Origin: Haliotis cracherodii
Lineage: Eukaryota
Reading direction: 5' to 3'
Assembly: GCF_022045235.1 (NCBI RefSeq)
Contig: NW_027266275.1
Span: 37,076,001 to 37,140,000, forward strand
DNA: 64,000 nucleotides
Made by a program: the position numbers and the translations under genes. The notes under the pieces were generated by a model that was not told the DNA's origin, did not search any database, and saw only the letters and a list, made by a program, of their open reading frames with translations. Of the stretch, positions 1 to 12,389 are shown one piece after another (the first letter of the stretch is position 1; each line of letters starts with the position of its first letter).

Positions 1-147
1 CTCGGGTATGGTGCTGACAAACCTCGAAACATAATCGGGGCGAATCGGGATTCGAACCCACATTCATAGGTTTCTGGTGTGCCCAAGGGACGCAACTCTG
101 TACAGCGAATCACGGCGCCTTAGACGACTGGGCCACCCGTGCCCCCC
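1..147 (-). mobile_element. SINE family A (tRNA-Leu-like head), 5' part; runs off window start
   Basis: Reverse complement matches 10457 and 22686 copies: A box TGGCCCAGTCGTCTAAGGCG, B box GGTTCGAATCC. Confidence 0.85.
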
Positions 148-263
148 GTTCATGGCTGAAAAACCTAACTTCAAAACATATCCAATATGTTCCACGTGTC
201 TCATGCAGTAGCGTTGGTGTGATTCCTGATTTTGACACTTTCAAGGAAGGTCGATTTGTCTCT

Positions 264-1340
264 ATGGACCATAATTTCTGTCATATTGGTTTATTGGAAA
301 CTGGCTGAGGTCAGCGTGCAGTGACCAATACGTACATTGTTTTACAGTCTGTGATTAGCAGACAATGACATAGGTATCAACAAACCCAAAATGACTCCGT
401 TCAGGGGGTCCCAGGACAACGACAAGAGAACAGGGTGGATTGATCCGAAACCAGGCTCTACGAATTCGAGCGCAAACGACGAATCAAATTGCTGCAAACA
501 TTCATCAGGCTACTGGAGTTACTGGTCCGACGATTAGAAATCGTCTACATGTTCGACGGCCGCCCCTTACATATCGTCATATTGCCAAAAAAACGTCATT
601 GGTGTACACAACATCGAAACTAGATTTATCGTGGTTGGTCACGTGTCATGTCTTCAGATGAGTCCCGATTCATTTTGCACTTCCTTGATAGGCGTGGTCG
701 TGTCTGACGACATCGACATGAACGTCAAGTCAATGTCAACCTGAGACCTAATGACAGATTTGGCGGGGGATCGGTTATGGTGTGGAGTAGCATCACTTTT
801 ACTGACCGAACACCTCTCCATATTGTGCAAGCAAGGGTCACTGGACAGTACTATCGGGACAACATACTGACACCCTTTGCAAGGCGTGTGGGTCGACGTT
901 TTGTCTTTCAGGACAAAGCCCGTGCTCACCGTGCACGAATTGTCAATGCTTACCTCCAGCAGCACAGCATCCATAGAATACCATGACCAGCATTGAGCCC
1001 AGACCGTTCCCTCATTGAACACGTGTGGGACATGATAGGAAGACGTCAACGTCAACGTCATTGGCCGCCGACCATGTTGCCTGAACTACTTACGCAGAAA
1101 GAGGAGTGGGACAGATTCCCTCAAATTGCCATTGGGACACTTATACGCAGTTTGTCTTGTCGAGTGAATGGATGCTTGACACATCGTGGCGGTATTACGC
1201 ACTACTGATCCAGAAACGTCAACTTTAGGGGAAATTTCCCATCTTACCCCTATCGTCCTTCAAGAAAGTTGGCCATAATATCTACTGTTTATCTAATTCT
1301 AAGTTTTTTCCCAGCATCCTCTTTTTTTTTAGACTGTGTA
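264..1340 (+). pseudogene. Decayed Tc1/mariner DDE transposase and right end
   Basis: Frameshifted ORF pieces give Tc1 motifs SDESRF (~654-671), GGSVMVW, FQDKARAHRA (QDNARPH-like), SPDRSLIEHVWD (SPDLNPIEHVW-like); stops and frameshifts; Tc1-like end TTTTTTTAGACTGTG-TA at 1322-1340. Confidence 0.85.
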
Positions 1341-3477
1341 TGTTAAATTACAGAATTACACGATTAAATGAATTATTTTTGCAAGGATATTAAAAGGGGT
1401 TTATGCGATAAAACATAAATACATTCAATAAAATTATTCAGATTAACATTATGATATGAATTGAACATGTCTAATTTTTAGATTTATTTATCGATTTGAA
1501 CACATGTACCGTTACCAGGTATTTGGGCCACACATGTTCCGTTTTAGCCACTTCTTTGTTGCTCTTTTTACAGAGAGGCACCTTGCTATGAAATTATGCA
1601 ACATAATTTCGAACCGTGTTCAAATACCATTATTGCAGCTAGTACCAAACCCACGAGTAACCGAACGTAAAAATAACAATAACCTTGTCTCATACATTCC
1701 TAATTGCAGAACCCGATTGCAGGATAATTATCGTAAATTTACAGCTTAGTGAAGGGCACGTGAATCATAATATGTTTAGCATTACTTTGAGCCTCGTCCT
1801 ATTTCCCGAGCCACGGGTTGCGCAATGGAGTCGGTACTAAACCAGGCTCTCTCTGTGATTACCATGCTGAAATTCTCTGCATGTGTTCCTGATAGTCTGC
1901 ACAATGCCATTGCCAACCACTTCTTTCTCCTCGCTCAAACTGCTATTTGTATTTGCATTAGAAGTTAGAAAATTCGCCGTGCTCAGTGTGTATCGGGTCG
2001 GTGGCGCTTTGTACAAATTCAATCTCTGATCGTTTACACATTCAATTAGAGCTCTTTGATTGAGAGATTAGCTCGGTGTATGCAGATGTCCCGTTACACA
2101 GCAGAGAAGTCCCGAGTTCTGCCAATTCCCTGCCCCTCTGTTAACAAGTCAATTACAACGCAATCAGTTAGAAATTAGTAAAAATTGTTCCAAAGCACGA
2201 TTTTGGCGGAGTTTACAATCCTTGGATCCAGTGCTATACTGCCTTTGCGCAGGTGCCCCTAGCTTCTGATTGGCATGTGGTTAGGTTATTAATTCAGTAA
2301 ATCCGCGCAGGCCCCAAAACGGTAGTTTTCCTGAATTGTCTAAAGCGTTTGATGTCACAGGCAATGAGAAGAGATGGTTTTAACTGTGTATAAACTTGGC
2401 TGACGTGGAGCATTGGCACCACAGCGAGCAGGTTTCTTTGACGACAATATTCTATACCAACTCTTTACTACTATTGCAATTGGTGAAGTATCTAACTGGA
2501 AGTCCAGGCTTTGTGTGAAGGTCTTTGATTAAATCACATATTGATTGCCTGAAACTTAAGGGTATCAAAGCACGAACTCCATCGTCACATCTTAAGAATA
2601 GATACCTATTGACATTGGACCCCAATTCAACGTGCACATACTTTAATCATTTTCATTTTCAAATTTCTTATGAAAATGGATGGATATTCAAAAGCACAGG
2701 GTCAATTGGCTCCAAATATCTCAGTAAGGAAACACTTGTATGACTAAATTATAGGGGTCTGTGGGTTTTACCAACGTGGTAAGCGCCCGTAATCTGCGAC
2801 GTTTTTAGCTTTCTCTCATGAAACGGAAACGCCGCATTTTAGTGAAATACTAAAACTAGATCGCTTTTTGCAAGATGGCCTACGATTCTAAAGTATATGC
2901 TGACATTAAAATACGTATATGGATCTGACATTAAAATACGAGCGTTGGCTAAACCCTTTCAAACTTCATAATTGTGACCAACCTTGAAATTCCGGGTAAG
3001 AAACGTTACCCCAGCCTGCACTTTTTCATTGTAACACAATGGCGTGGATCGTTGCTTATGTTTTCAGTCACTGGTTTGTCTGATCCAGACTCGATATAGT
3101 TGGAATACTGCTGACCAGAATGTTTTCTGGGCCCTCTTGCACAAAGCGATCTTAGCTTAAGTCTTGTTAAAGCATGGTAGTTACGATCATCGTAGCGCTG
3201 ATACCGCTTTGTGCACATGGGTCCAGAACTGTAAGGATTCCGAGTCACAATAATTCCCCAGTACCCGATGTTTATCGTATAAACTGACCAAATGGCTGGG
3301 GTTCTGATGTACCTGTGTTTTGAATGGTTGTTTGTCATCGTTCCCAAATGATGTAGATCGCCGCTCATGATTTCAGTCCCTGGTTTTCCTGGCCCAGACT
3401 CAGATGTTAAGAGCCTCCTTGGTATGACTGGACTCTGGCTGATTGAAGTGTTAAACGGCATTTACCCCCTCTCACTC

Positions 3478-3669
3478 AGAGGCGACTAACGGGATCGGGT
3501 GGTCAGGCTCGCTGACTTGGTGGTGGCATGTCATCGTATCCCATTTGCGTGGATCGATGCTAATGATATTAATCACTGGATTGTCTGGTCCAGACTCGAT
3601 TATTTACAGACCACCGTCATATAGCTGGGACATTGCTGTGTGGGGCTTTAAACAACAAACAAACAAACA
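3478..3669 (+). mobile_element. SINE family B (non-tRNA head), 5'-truncated; two further decayed fragments at ~3040-3115 and ~3340-3460
   Basis: AGAGGCGACTAACGGGATCGGGTGGTCAGG...TGGTCCAGACTCGATTATTTACAGACC...TTAAACAACAAAC(AAAC)n matches 35754 and 58004 copies. Confidence 0.85.
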
Positions 3670-6281
3670 GAAGTGTTAAATGGGTGATATAGCGCGATTT
3701 AAAGGAACCCATCGAGCGATACCCAAAGGCTGGGAGACTTAAAGTAACACGTGACACAAATAAGCCACAGTGTAGTTTTCTTTCTGCATAGGACCCATGA
3801 TGCTAAAAACATCACGATCAGACCTCCTTTAGGGATAAGCAGCGCGTGGAATGAACACTCGATGATTACCTTTAACCTTGCATCAGCATTATTGACGCCA
3901 TATAGCGAGACCTTTCCTGGAGGGCCAGATATCCAATCGTAAACGTTACGTTGAAGAAGAATACATGAGTGGTCTTGTAGAGAAACGAACAACGTGGAAT
4001 GTACATTTTGAAAGATATTTATATGAAATATTTTCAGATACAGATAGGAAACAGCCCGTCGTACAATCTGAAGGTATCATGAACATCGTAAGTGTTACAG
4101 ATAAGGTAACTTCGGGATGCTCCTTCCCAGTAAACAGCCCACCTACTGCACTACCTTCATCATCAACGTCAGTGACTACAAACATTCTTTGATCACCTTA
4201 ACGTATCCCACACCATTTTACAAGTTTATTGTACCGATTGTCATGTTTCATTAACAAACGGCGATATATAACATGACAGCCACGGTGTTCTCTAGGGCTT
4301 ATCTTTGATCGTCTGGTCCTTGTTGTTATTATTTTCCAGTCACTGACGAAAGTGGGTCTACTGTCAAAATGACAATTTTAAAGAGCTTTAATTCTCCCTG
4401 GACGAGCGTTTCAGCCAAATCAGCCCCGAGCAACAAATGAAATATTTTGTAGCCCGAGGCACCCCACTGGCCAGTTAGCCAATTTATGACAGTTTGAATA
4501 GCTCCATTTCGGTTGATTAGGCTAGCTTTATAGGTGTCATTTTTTAAATAGTTTCTTCTAAAATCCCTCAAAACCAGCCATCCGTAACATTTTGTTTCCC
4601 AGACCTTGAAATCCGGAGCCGTCCTGCTGCTAAAGAGAATTTGCGAGGACCAAGGCGACTAGAGGCGCCACCAGCAGCAGTAAACGTCCCGTTCACCCGT
4701 ACGTGCACCTGTGAGAAGGAAATATGAAAGTAATAACTGATTTTTGAAAGCTCTGCGAAATCACCCATTAAATTAATTTCAAGTGTATTGTCGAGATGCG
4801 ATGGTGTTTCACTTATTGTGTGAGCAAATCTGGATTGTCTTTGTTCGTTGGAGACATTTTGCAGTCAGATTGACAAGGCTCATCATTATTTCCATTTTAA
4901 ATATACGTTATTGTAGTATGTGTCAAAAGAGCAAACGATCATGACAATACTATTGTCCTATGAGCTATAGGCAAACGCATTAATGCCTGCTCAAAGGGAA
5001 GATGCTTGTAAAAGGGCTGGGTGCGACAATGAGTATTGTATGTTGGACGTATATGATTGATGGCTACATGGAACATGTATATGGGCTCTTGGACGACCGG
5101 GCGCTTTTTACAAACAGAATACCGAGAACCCCCTCGCACAGCTCTCCGCACAGAGGTTCTGGTACTACACAATAGACCAACCAAAGCAAACAAGAACACC
5201 GTCTGGCATGGCCTTGGGCTGACTAATTAATTACACTCCTTCGGTTAGCATAAATCAAGAAATTTGTAATTTTCTTGTGACGTCATTTGGTTAAGATTAC
5301 GTTCTCGGTGTTGGTTACAGGAGTCAGTAATCTGTAAATGTTTTGTTCGGGTATGTGTTTCATCAGCTATGCTGTGTGGGGTGGGTGTTAGGGAGGGATG
5401 CTGCAACATTAGTCATTTTTACCAATTCCTAAACCATTCATTACACTGACACAATAGAAGTATCACGGCGGTGTTGAGAATATGAAATAATCCAGAAGAA
5501 TAGGCAATCCTACTTTCAAGGGGGTGTGTGGTTCGTTATTTTTTAATCATCGGGGCTTTCATGTTTATCATAATTGTGGTCCCGCCGCATAGTGTTCCCT
5601 TCTCCAACATTGCATAAAGACACTGTTGGTGCCAAATACAGGCCATTGTTGCCTCTGTCCATTGTGGTATCAATACGGTCATGTACAGCAATAGTCTTAT
5701 TTTTAGGTAGAACAGATGTTTAAAGTAGCAGTCTAAATGTACTTTTACAATGATTTTTCATTTCAGTGTTATATATTTTTTCTTACCTTCAATATGGTTG
5801 GATACAAGGACATTGTTCCCTGGTGTTCAATAATTATTGCAACTGATACCTGAATAGATGAGTCATGTTTTTTTATCAAATCTTAGTTTTGATATTTGAA
5901 AAAAGTGTATTCTGTGTACAAACAACGTGTGATAGAATCTGACTTGTGTCAATTAGAATTTAAAGAACCTTCTCCGTTTTGCAAACAAAAGATCTGAATG
6001 AACAAGTGTTTTTCTATACATAGTACCCACCGTGGTGATGTGGGGGTCAAACGTGTTGTTTTAATCAGCGGTGTTTTTTGTGATTTGAAATATTTCATTG
6101 ACCAGTAAGAGTAGAATAATAAATAAATTCATTGTAGAGTTCATATTTCTTTTATCTCAGATGCTGGGTAACGAATATAGATCTCTGTTATCCCTTGCTG
6201 TGAACAGTACCTAAACAGGCGACAATAAGGAAAGACAACATCTCAAGTTTGGCCTGGGCGAAAGTGTGTGGAGGAAGCCTG

Positions 6282-6522
6282 GTTTGTTTGTTTGTTTGTT
6301 TGTTTGTTGTTTAACGCCACACTCAGCAATATACCTACCATATGACGGTGGTCTGTAAATAATCGAGTCTGGACCAGACAATCGAGTGATTGACATCATG
6401 AACATCGATCTACGCAATTGGGATACGATGACTTGTATCAGCTAGACCACCTGATCCCGTTAGTCGCCTCTTACGACAAGCATAGTCGCTTTTTACGGCA
6501 AGCATGGGTTGCTGAAAACCTA
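6282..6522 (-). mobile_element. SINE family B
   Basis: Reverse complement of family B body with (TTTG)n tail at 6282-6310 and doubled TGCTTGYCGTAARAGGCGACTA-like module. Confidence 0.85.
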
Positions 6523-7785
6523 ATAACATTTTACGTTAAGAGGCGAGTGAATGCGAATGCATTGTGTATGTCTCTCAAAAATCACTGAACAATTAAAAAA
6601 ACGTATATTTCTGTATGTCTGCCTACAGGCAGTTATATGTGATATTTATTTTTGAGTTTCACATGTTGCAATTTTGACATCAGGTAACAAGTATCACGCA
6701 ATTCCAACACCCATTCTTGTCGTGTCACTCGCCTTAGTGCGATATGATCTTCATCAGTGTTAATTAGCACTTAATTACATCAACTGATCAACTACTGCCA
6801 TCAACGTATTAAACCGACGAGCGTACAATGGTGGGATACCGTGATCTATCTCCGTCCCCAATTCCCACATAACATGCGATAATCGCGACATGCTCCGCGA
6901 CCGGATGACGGCTAACACCCACGCGATAATCCCGATAGTCAAAGAAGACGAGCCTGGCGCAACACGTATTGTAGAAGATTGTGTGAATAAAACATGAAGT
7001 GATTGTCCGTCCGTCAGTGTCATCACCCAGGAGGGTCGGCCAGCTGTCGGGGAGCAGGGTGGAGATATATCGGAGGGTATGCCCCGGGGATACTACAGAT
7101 CGCTTCTTTGTATCGTGGGCTGACTTTTTGGTATTATCTTGTTGATCGTATCGGAATCTTGTCACTTGTCATCACTCGTAATCCATCATTAGTGCACTTA
7201 ACCAACTAATTAACTGTTAATAGACTTGATTTGTATTTGGGTAGTTTGGGAACGTTTTGGGAATTGACATTTTTTTGGACTGATTTTGTTGCCACTTTTT
7301 ATTCGAATATTTCAAATCTGTTTTGACGTCGTGATACAACTGGAATACTGTTCAAAGCGGCGTTAAGAACAACTCACTCACACTAAGAGCTACCTTGTCA
7401 GTTCTATTATATTATATCGACATTATATTACACATGTAAAGTCATAAATTACACATTACCATGATTTTAATAAAAATAACGTCAAATAAACTTTAGCTTG
7501 CATTACACGTTGCTGAAAATGAGATTAATGATAGATAGTTTCATCCTCATCGTTTACCAATGTTTTTATCATAAAGTGAAATATCTCCCTTAGTTACCGC
7601 TTAACATAATAAGAGAGATACGTTTGCCTTCCGCACCAGATGCATTCTGGAGCTGTTGTTGATTATCAGTTGACTGAATTTCATTTTTGTTAAATCAGGA
7701 TTGGTATAGAAATGACACAGGTTTACTGGCTTTTCTGCTTCCATGTTATTCCTATCAGATCAGGAATAATAACGATAACTGATGC

Positions 7786-7958
7786 TGGAGGAAAGCCCGA
7801 ATGATGCTGGTGTTAGACGTTTACCACTTTGGTGAAACCCAAGACGGGTATGGCTTTGACAAACCTAGAAACGTTATCTGGGCTAATCTGGGATTTGAAG
7901 CCACGACATAGTTTCCTGGTGGGACGAAGGGAGGCAAATCTGCACATCGAATCGCAGT
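7786..7958 (-). mobile_element. SINE family A, decayed internal fragment
   Basis: AGACGTTTACCACTTTGGTGAAACCC...GACAAACCTAGAAAC matches reverse complement of family A body. Confidence 0.7.
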
Positions 7959-10456
7959 ACCTGCTCGGGTTCGATTTTTTTACTTTTACTCCCAAGAGAA
8001 TCGACATTTTGATTGTCAAGCTGCACCCTCCGATATAAAATATAAAAGAGTCAGAACATTGGTGAAATTGTTTGCAGAATCCGGCCATAACTGCCACTGT
8101 ATCACTTCCCGTTTCTTGCAATAAACCAACAACATCAATGAGCCTGTGAATTTGTTTAACTTTATATATATTTAAATTATATATATATTTATATATCAAT
8201 TATATATTTATATTATAATTTGGCTTTATGTAACAGTGCTTCAGCTTGATGTCAGAGGAATGTCGACGCGATACAGATCGAAGGTTACAAGACTTTAGAG
8301 CTTTTGGGGTGAATCGTTTCCCATTTTAAAAAATAATGTGTTCTTGATTTCACTTGACATTTTATAATTCGACCACCGGTTTGGGAAACATTTTAAACCA
8401 AGTCGGTCAAAGAAGGATCAGATTTGGGTGAATAAAATGGAAACTGCAAAACCTTACACTTCGGCATATTGTATTGGATATTTTTCACGACAAACTCAAT
8501 TTCTCCTTAACGACACATTCGTTGTGGGATATGAATCATGCTTCTTTTTATGTCTTTTGACGCTTCATTTAATAAACCAATTTCAGTAGTCGCTTCTTTT
8601 TAACTAATACCCTTGAAATTAATACCTAATACCATCTACCGATAAAAACCTGGTCAATCATAAAGAAGCATCAAGAGCTATCACCGACCGAAGCATCCCA
8701 CTATTGACGACTGTTTACACAGACACCTCTTGTGGGTGTCCGATCTCGGCTTGTGGATCGGGGCAGTGTTATTATTATATCATGTGTACACGCTGAGGCA
8801 TCCTATTGAGATCGCCACGTGCCACGTGATAGCGAATCACTTCCTTTGTGTCGGCAAACCCAACTATCCGTCACGTGACCAACACCAAAGAAAATTGCCC
8901 GAAGGCTTATTTTATGAAAATTGTCAAATTATCGGCAGTAAACACGGGGAACAGCTAATACAACGTCTCCTCGTGTAAATGAAATATTGCTAAGGTTTTA
9001 ATGAATATTCGCCGTGTATGTCTTGTTAGGCGAAACAGTTCTCGAACCCGCGCGCGCCGTGTCGTGGCTAATACGACAATACTTAAAGAAAATAATTCCT
9101 AAAACCTCTTAGGTTTCCAAAAACAAATGAGGCAATTGTGAACCTGGGTAGACGGAGCGAAGACTCGACAACCACAATTTCACACCAAAATTGAGAAAAA
9201 GATGCAAACATTCAACCCCAGCCTGAAAATCAGGCAATCTCGGGCTGGGGGCAAACACTATCGTGGCTGCGCTCTGATCTCATTAAGCGCCATTGTAGGG
9301 GGAGACTTCGTTCATTGTCAGAATGGGCCGACTTCATTAATCACACGGGGGATCAATTTCACTTTCACCTATCAGCTGGGTAGACTTACAGAAAGTCCGC
9401 ACTCACGGGATATTCACATTCACGCGAGGTAATGGCCCGACCCCAAGGAACAGGTCCCCCTCCCCCCGCGCCGTACCCTCCCGACTGTCGCCACACCCCT
9501 AACCTTACAAGGTAGCCGATCCCCTGGGTTCGCGATTAAATTAATAACCAGCATTAATTATACAGGAAGAAAAAGCCAGGTCCTTGAGGTTGTTCACAGG
9601 GAGGCATCAGGGACGACTTGTTTCACAAGCATACAATGAGGGCTATTTCATAATGTATTCCTTCGCTGAAAAAATTGCTCTAGGCATTACGAGATTTCGG
9701 AAGCCCTTTTTCTAAAGATACTTGGACTGACATATTTGTATATGATTATAACCAGTGTCAATGGAAAGGCAAATGCCTATTAACCATGAAATGTGCCCAC
9801 AACCGAACCACACACCAGTAATATAATACACGATACGTCGCACCATTATCAAACGGCGAGTTACATTGTACTTTGAAAATACAACAACAGAATATAATGC
9901 TATATTCATATTTTCTTTTCAAAGAGGTCTGGGCTCTACAAAGAGTACGTCATACAAACACCGATTTTCACAGTTTAACCTCTGTAATCATTTCGTCATT
10001 AACTTCAACCAAAAATAATTGAGTAAGGGGTAATGACCCGACAAATGTCACAAGAATTAATATCTCAACTAACTCGTAACTAACGTCATAGACAGGAGTA
10101 TGTTTTGCTCCGGGCGTAACGAACTCTGACACACCTGCTAAGTCGAAGTTCGGTATTCAGTGAGTAGTACACGATGAATTATTTAAACCATGGGTCGACA
10201 ATTCGGTTAATCAGGGTTTGTTATGCTGCGCTGATATTGCAAAATCTGACCCTCAAAATGTGCAAGTGTATATTTAAATGTCCGTCAATGGTTTATGAAC
10301 AGGGCGGTGAAATGTCGAGCCTGGCCTGTTTGATTACGTGTCATTCAAATCCCAGATTCCCCTTGATTAGGGAGTGCTCCCGTTACCCAAGAAGATGTCT
10401 TCGCTACATATTTCTTTAAAAAAACCCAACTTGAATCAAGTCTTTGCTTATCTTCA

Positions 10457-10702
10457 GGGGGCACGGGTTGCCCAGTCGTCTAAGGCGCCGCGATTCGCTG
10501 TTCAGAGTTGCGTCCCTTAGACACGCCAGAAACCTATGATTGTGGGTTCGAATCCCGGTTTGCCTCGATTATGTTTCTAGGTTTGTCAGCACCTACCGTG
10601 TTCGCGGGTTTCACCAAAGTGTTAAACGTCTGAGAACTTCATCACTTTGGGCTTTCATTCCTCACCAAGCTGATACACCTTAATAGAACTGAACATAAAA
10701 CG
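10457..10702 (+). mobile_element. SINE family A
   Basis: GGGGGCACGGGTTGCCCAGTCGTCTAAGGCG...GGGTTCGAATCCCGG head; body matches 22686 and 36452 copies. Confidence 0.85.
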
Positions 10703-11076
10703 TCAAAGCCAGAGAATAACCAGTCTCTGCCCAAAGAGAGTCGATTGTACGATTCCGACTATGCCATGAGCAAGTATTTATGATTCACTATCGAATAGTG
10801 ATGTTACTAGGTGTTCGGCCGTAAAGGTGAGCGTATCCTACCCCACCGGTGGCACCCGTCACAAACACATGCACAGGCAAGTCAATTGTTCACCTGAAAA
10901 AAAACCATGGGAATTCGGAAATTCGGAAATGCCCTCCTCCTTTTCTGAGGTCTTGAATGTTGTAACCTTGATCAACAACTTCTGAGCAAGTGATAACACC
11001 ATGTGATCGCTGAAAGGGTAAGCATGCCCTGTTCATTTGGCATTGAACCAAACTCACCCACTCCCTCAATAAATTT

Positions 11077-11398
11077 GACCGCCTCCGTGGTCTAGTGGTA
11101 GAGCCTCCGCCCTGAGAGCGGAAGGTCCGGGGTTCGATCCCCGACCGCGTCATACCAAAAGACGTTTAAAGATGGTACTTGTTGTTACCCTGTCTGGCGC
11201 TCGGCATTAAGGGGCTAAAACAAGGACTGGTCGGCTAGGAGTCAGTATATGGGGCATGGTATCTCAGTTGGCTAGCACTATAAATCGGCATCAGCCCGGA
11301 CTAGTACAAGCAGCCACATACACGTGCATGCACGTCGTTATATAAGTGCAATAATCTTGGACGCGACGTTAAACCCCATTTCACCTCACCTTACCTCA
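11077..11398 (+). mobile_element. SINE family D, tRNA head plus Meta-domain-like core (MetaSINE-like)
   Basis: A box TGGTCTAGTGG, B box GGTTCGATCCC; core GTCATACCAAAAGAC...TGGTACTTG...CTGGCGCTCGGCATTAAGG resembles the Meta domain (from memory); (TCACC)n tail; imperfect TSD CCCTCAAT. Confidence 0.8.
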
Positions 11399-11819
11399 CC
11401 CTCAATCATTGCGTGTCATTGTATCCCCAAAGCGTACGTCATTGCTTATGACCCTCTGTGTTTTCCGGTTCAGAGTATGTCCTCAGTGTCGCTTGCTTCT
11501 CGTAAGGGCCCACCGAGATGAGGATTGGGTGGTCAGGTTCGGCGTGTCATCTTGACCCGGCATGGATAGTGGTCATCTGTCCAATACCTGGTCCCGATAA
11601 TTTGAAGGTGACATAATGCTGCCTGCAGCGTTAAATAACATTACCTCGCTCGAGCATTGCTCATATGGTGGTATTTGATTGTATTTGACTCCAATTGGTC
11701 ACTGGATTGATTGAATACTACACACACCACCGTTAACAATCTGAATATTAATGACAACGTCATTGTCTCACTCACCTTTATTTGAAATAATACCAGCTTC
11801 CAGTCTACTCTAAATACTC

Positions 11820-11986
11820 GTGAGTGAGTGAGTTTGGTTTTACGCCGCTTTTAGCAATATTCCAGCAATATCACGGCGGGGGACACCAGAAATGGGCTTC
11901 ACACATTGTACCCATGTCGGGAATCGAACCCGGGTCTTCGGCGTGACGAGCGAACGATTTAACCACTAGGCTATCCGACCGCCCCC
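11820..11986 (-). mobile_element. SINE family C (tRNA-Asp-like head, ~165 bp)
   Basis: Minus strand reads TAGCCTAGTGG...CGCTCGTCACGCCGAAGACCCGGGTTCGATTCCC then GCTGGAATATTGCTAAAAGCGGCGTAAAACC(ACTC)n. Confidence 0.85.
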
Positions 11987-12292
11987 ATGGAGTGCGCATA
12001 TTTTGTCCTACGACATATTTTGATTCTCGACCAGACAAACTAGAGGCCGAAACCAAGAGCATATGTCCACCCATTAGGGCGGATGACACACACCGAACTG
12101 ACCACCCGATCCCCAGGTCACATCCCATATGTCCCTGTCCCGTTCATGTAGTGGTTGACAGCATGAGCAACGATCCGTAATGTTCGGGGGGAATTGTGGG
12201 GAAATGATTAACCATTTAATCAAGTCTTTGTATGGCATTCAGAATTAAGTTTCCACCTTTGTTATCTTATAACTTTTGTTGTTCTTACTGGT

Positions 12293-12389
12293 ACATATAT
12301 ATGTTTTCTGCTTCATAGCATTTTTTCACTTGATGAAGATGAACATACTCCGAAACGCTGTACTGCTCAAAATAAAGAAGTTGATAACC
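12293..12389 (+). mobile_element. Penelope-like terminal remnant with degenerate minimal hammerhead motif
   Basis: CACTTGATGAAG...TACTCCGAAACG then AATAAAGAAGTTGA; aligns with 52151-52252. Confidence 0.55.

Noticed and set aside
3006-3461. 151-aa minus-strand ORF
   Set aside because: Overlaps decayed family B SINE fragments; no domain similarity.
11910-11986. tRNA-Asp gene (and tRNA-like heads of families A and D)
   Set aside because: No proper acceptor stem; followed by SINE bodies, microsatellite tails and TSDs.
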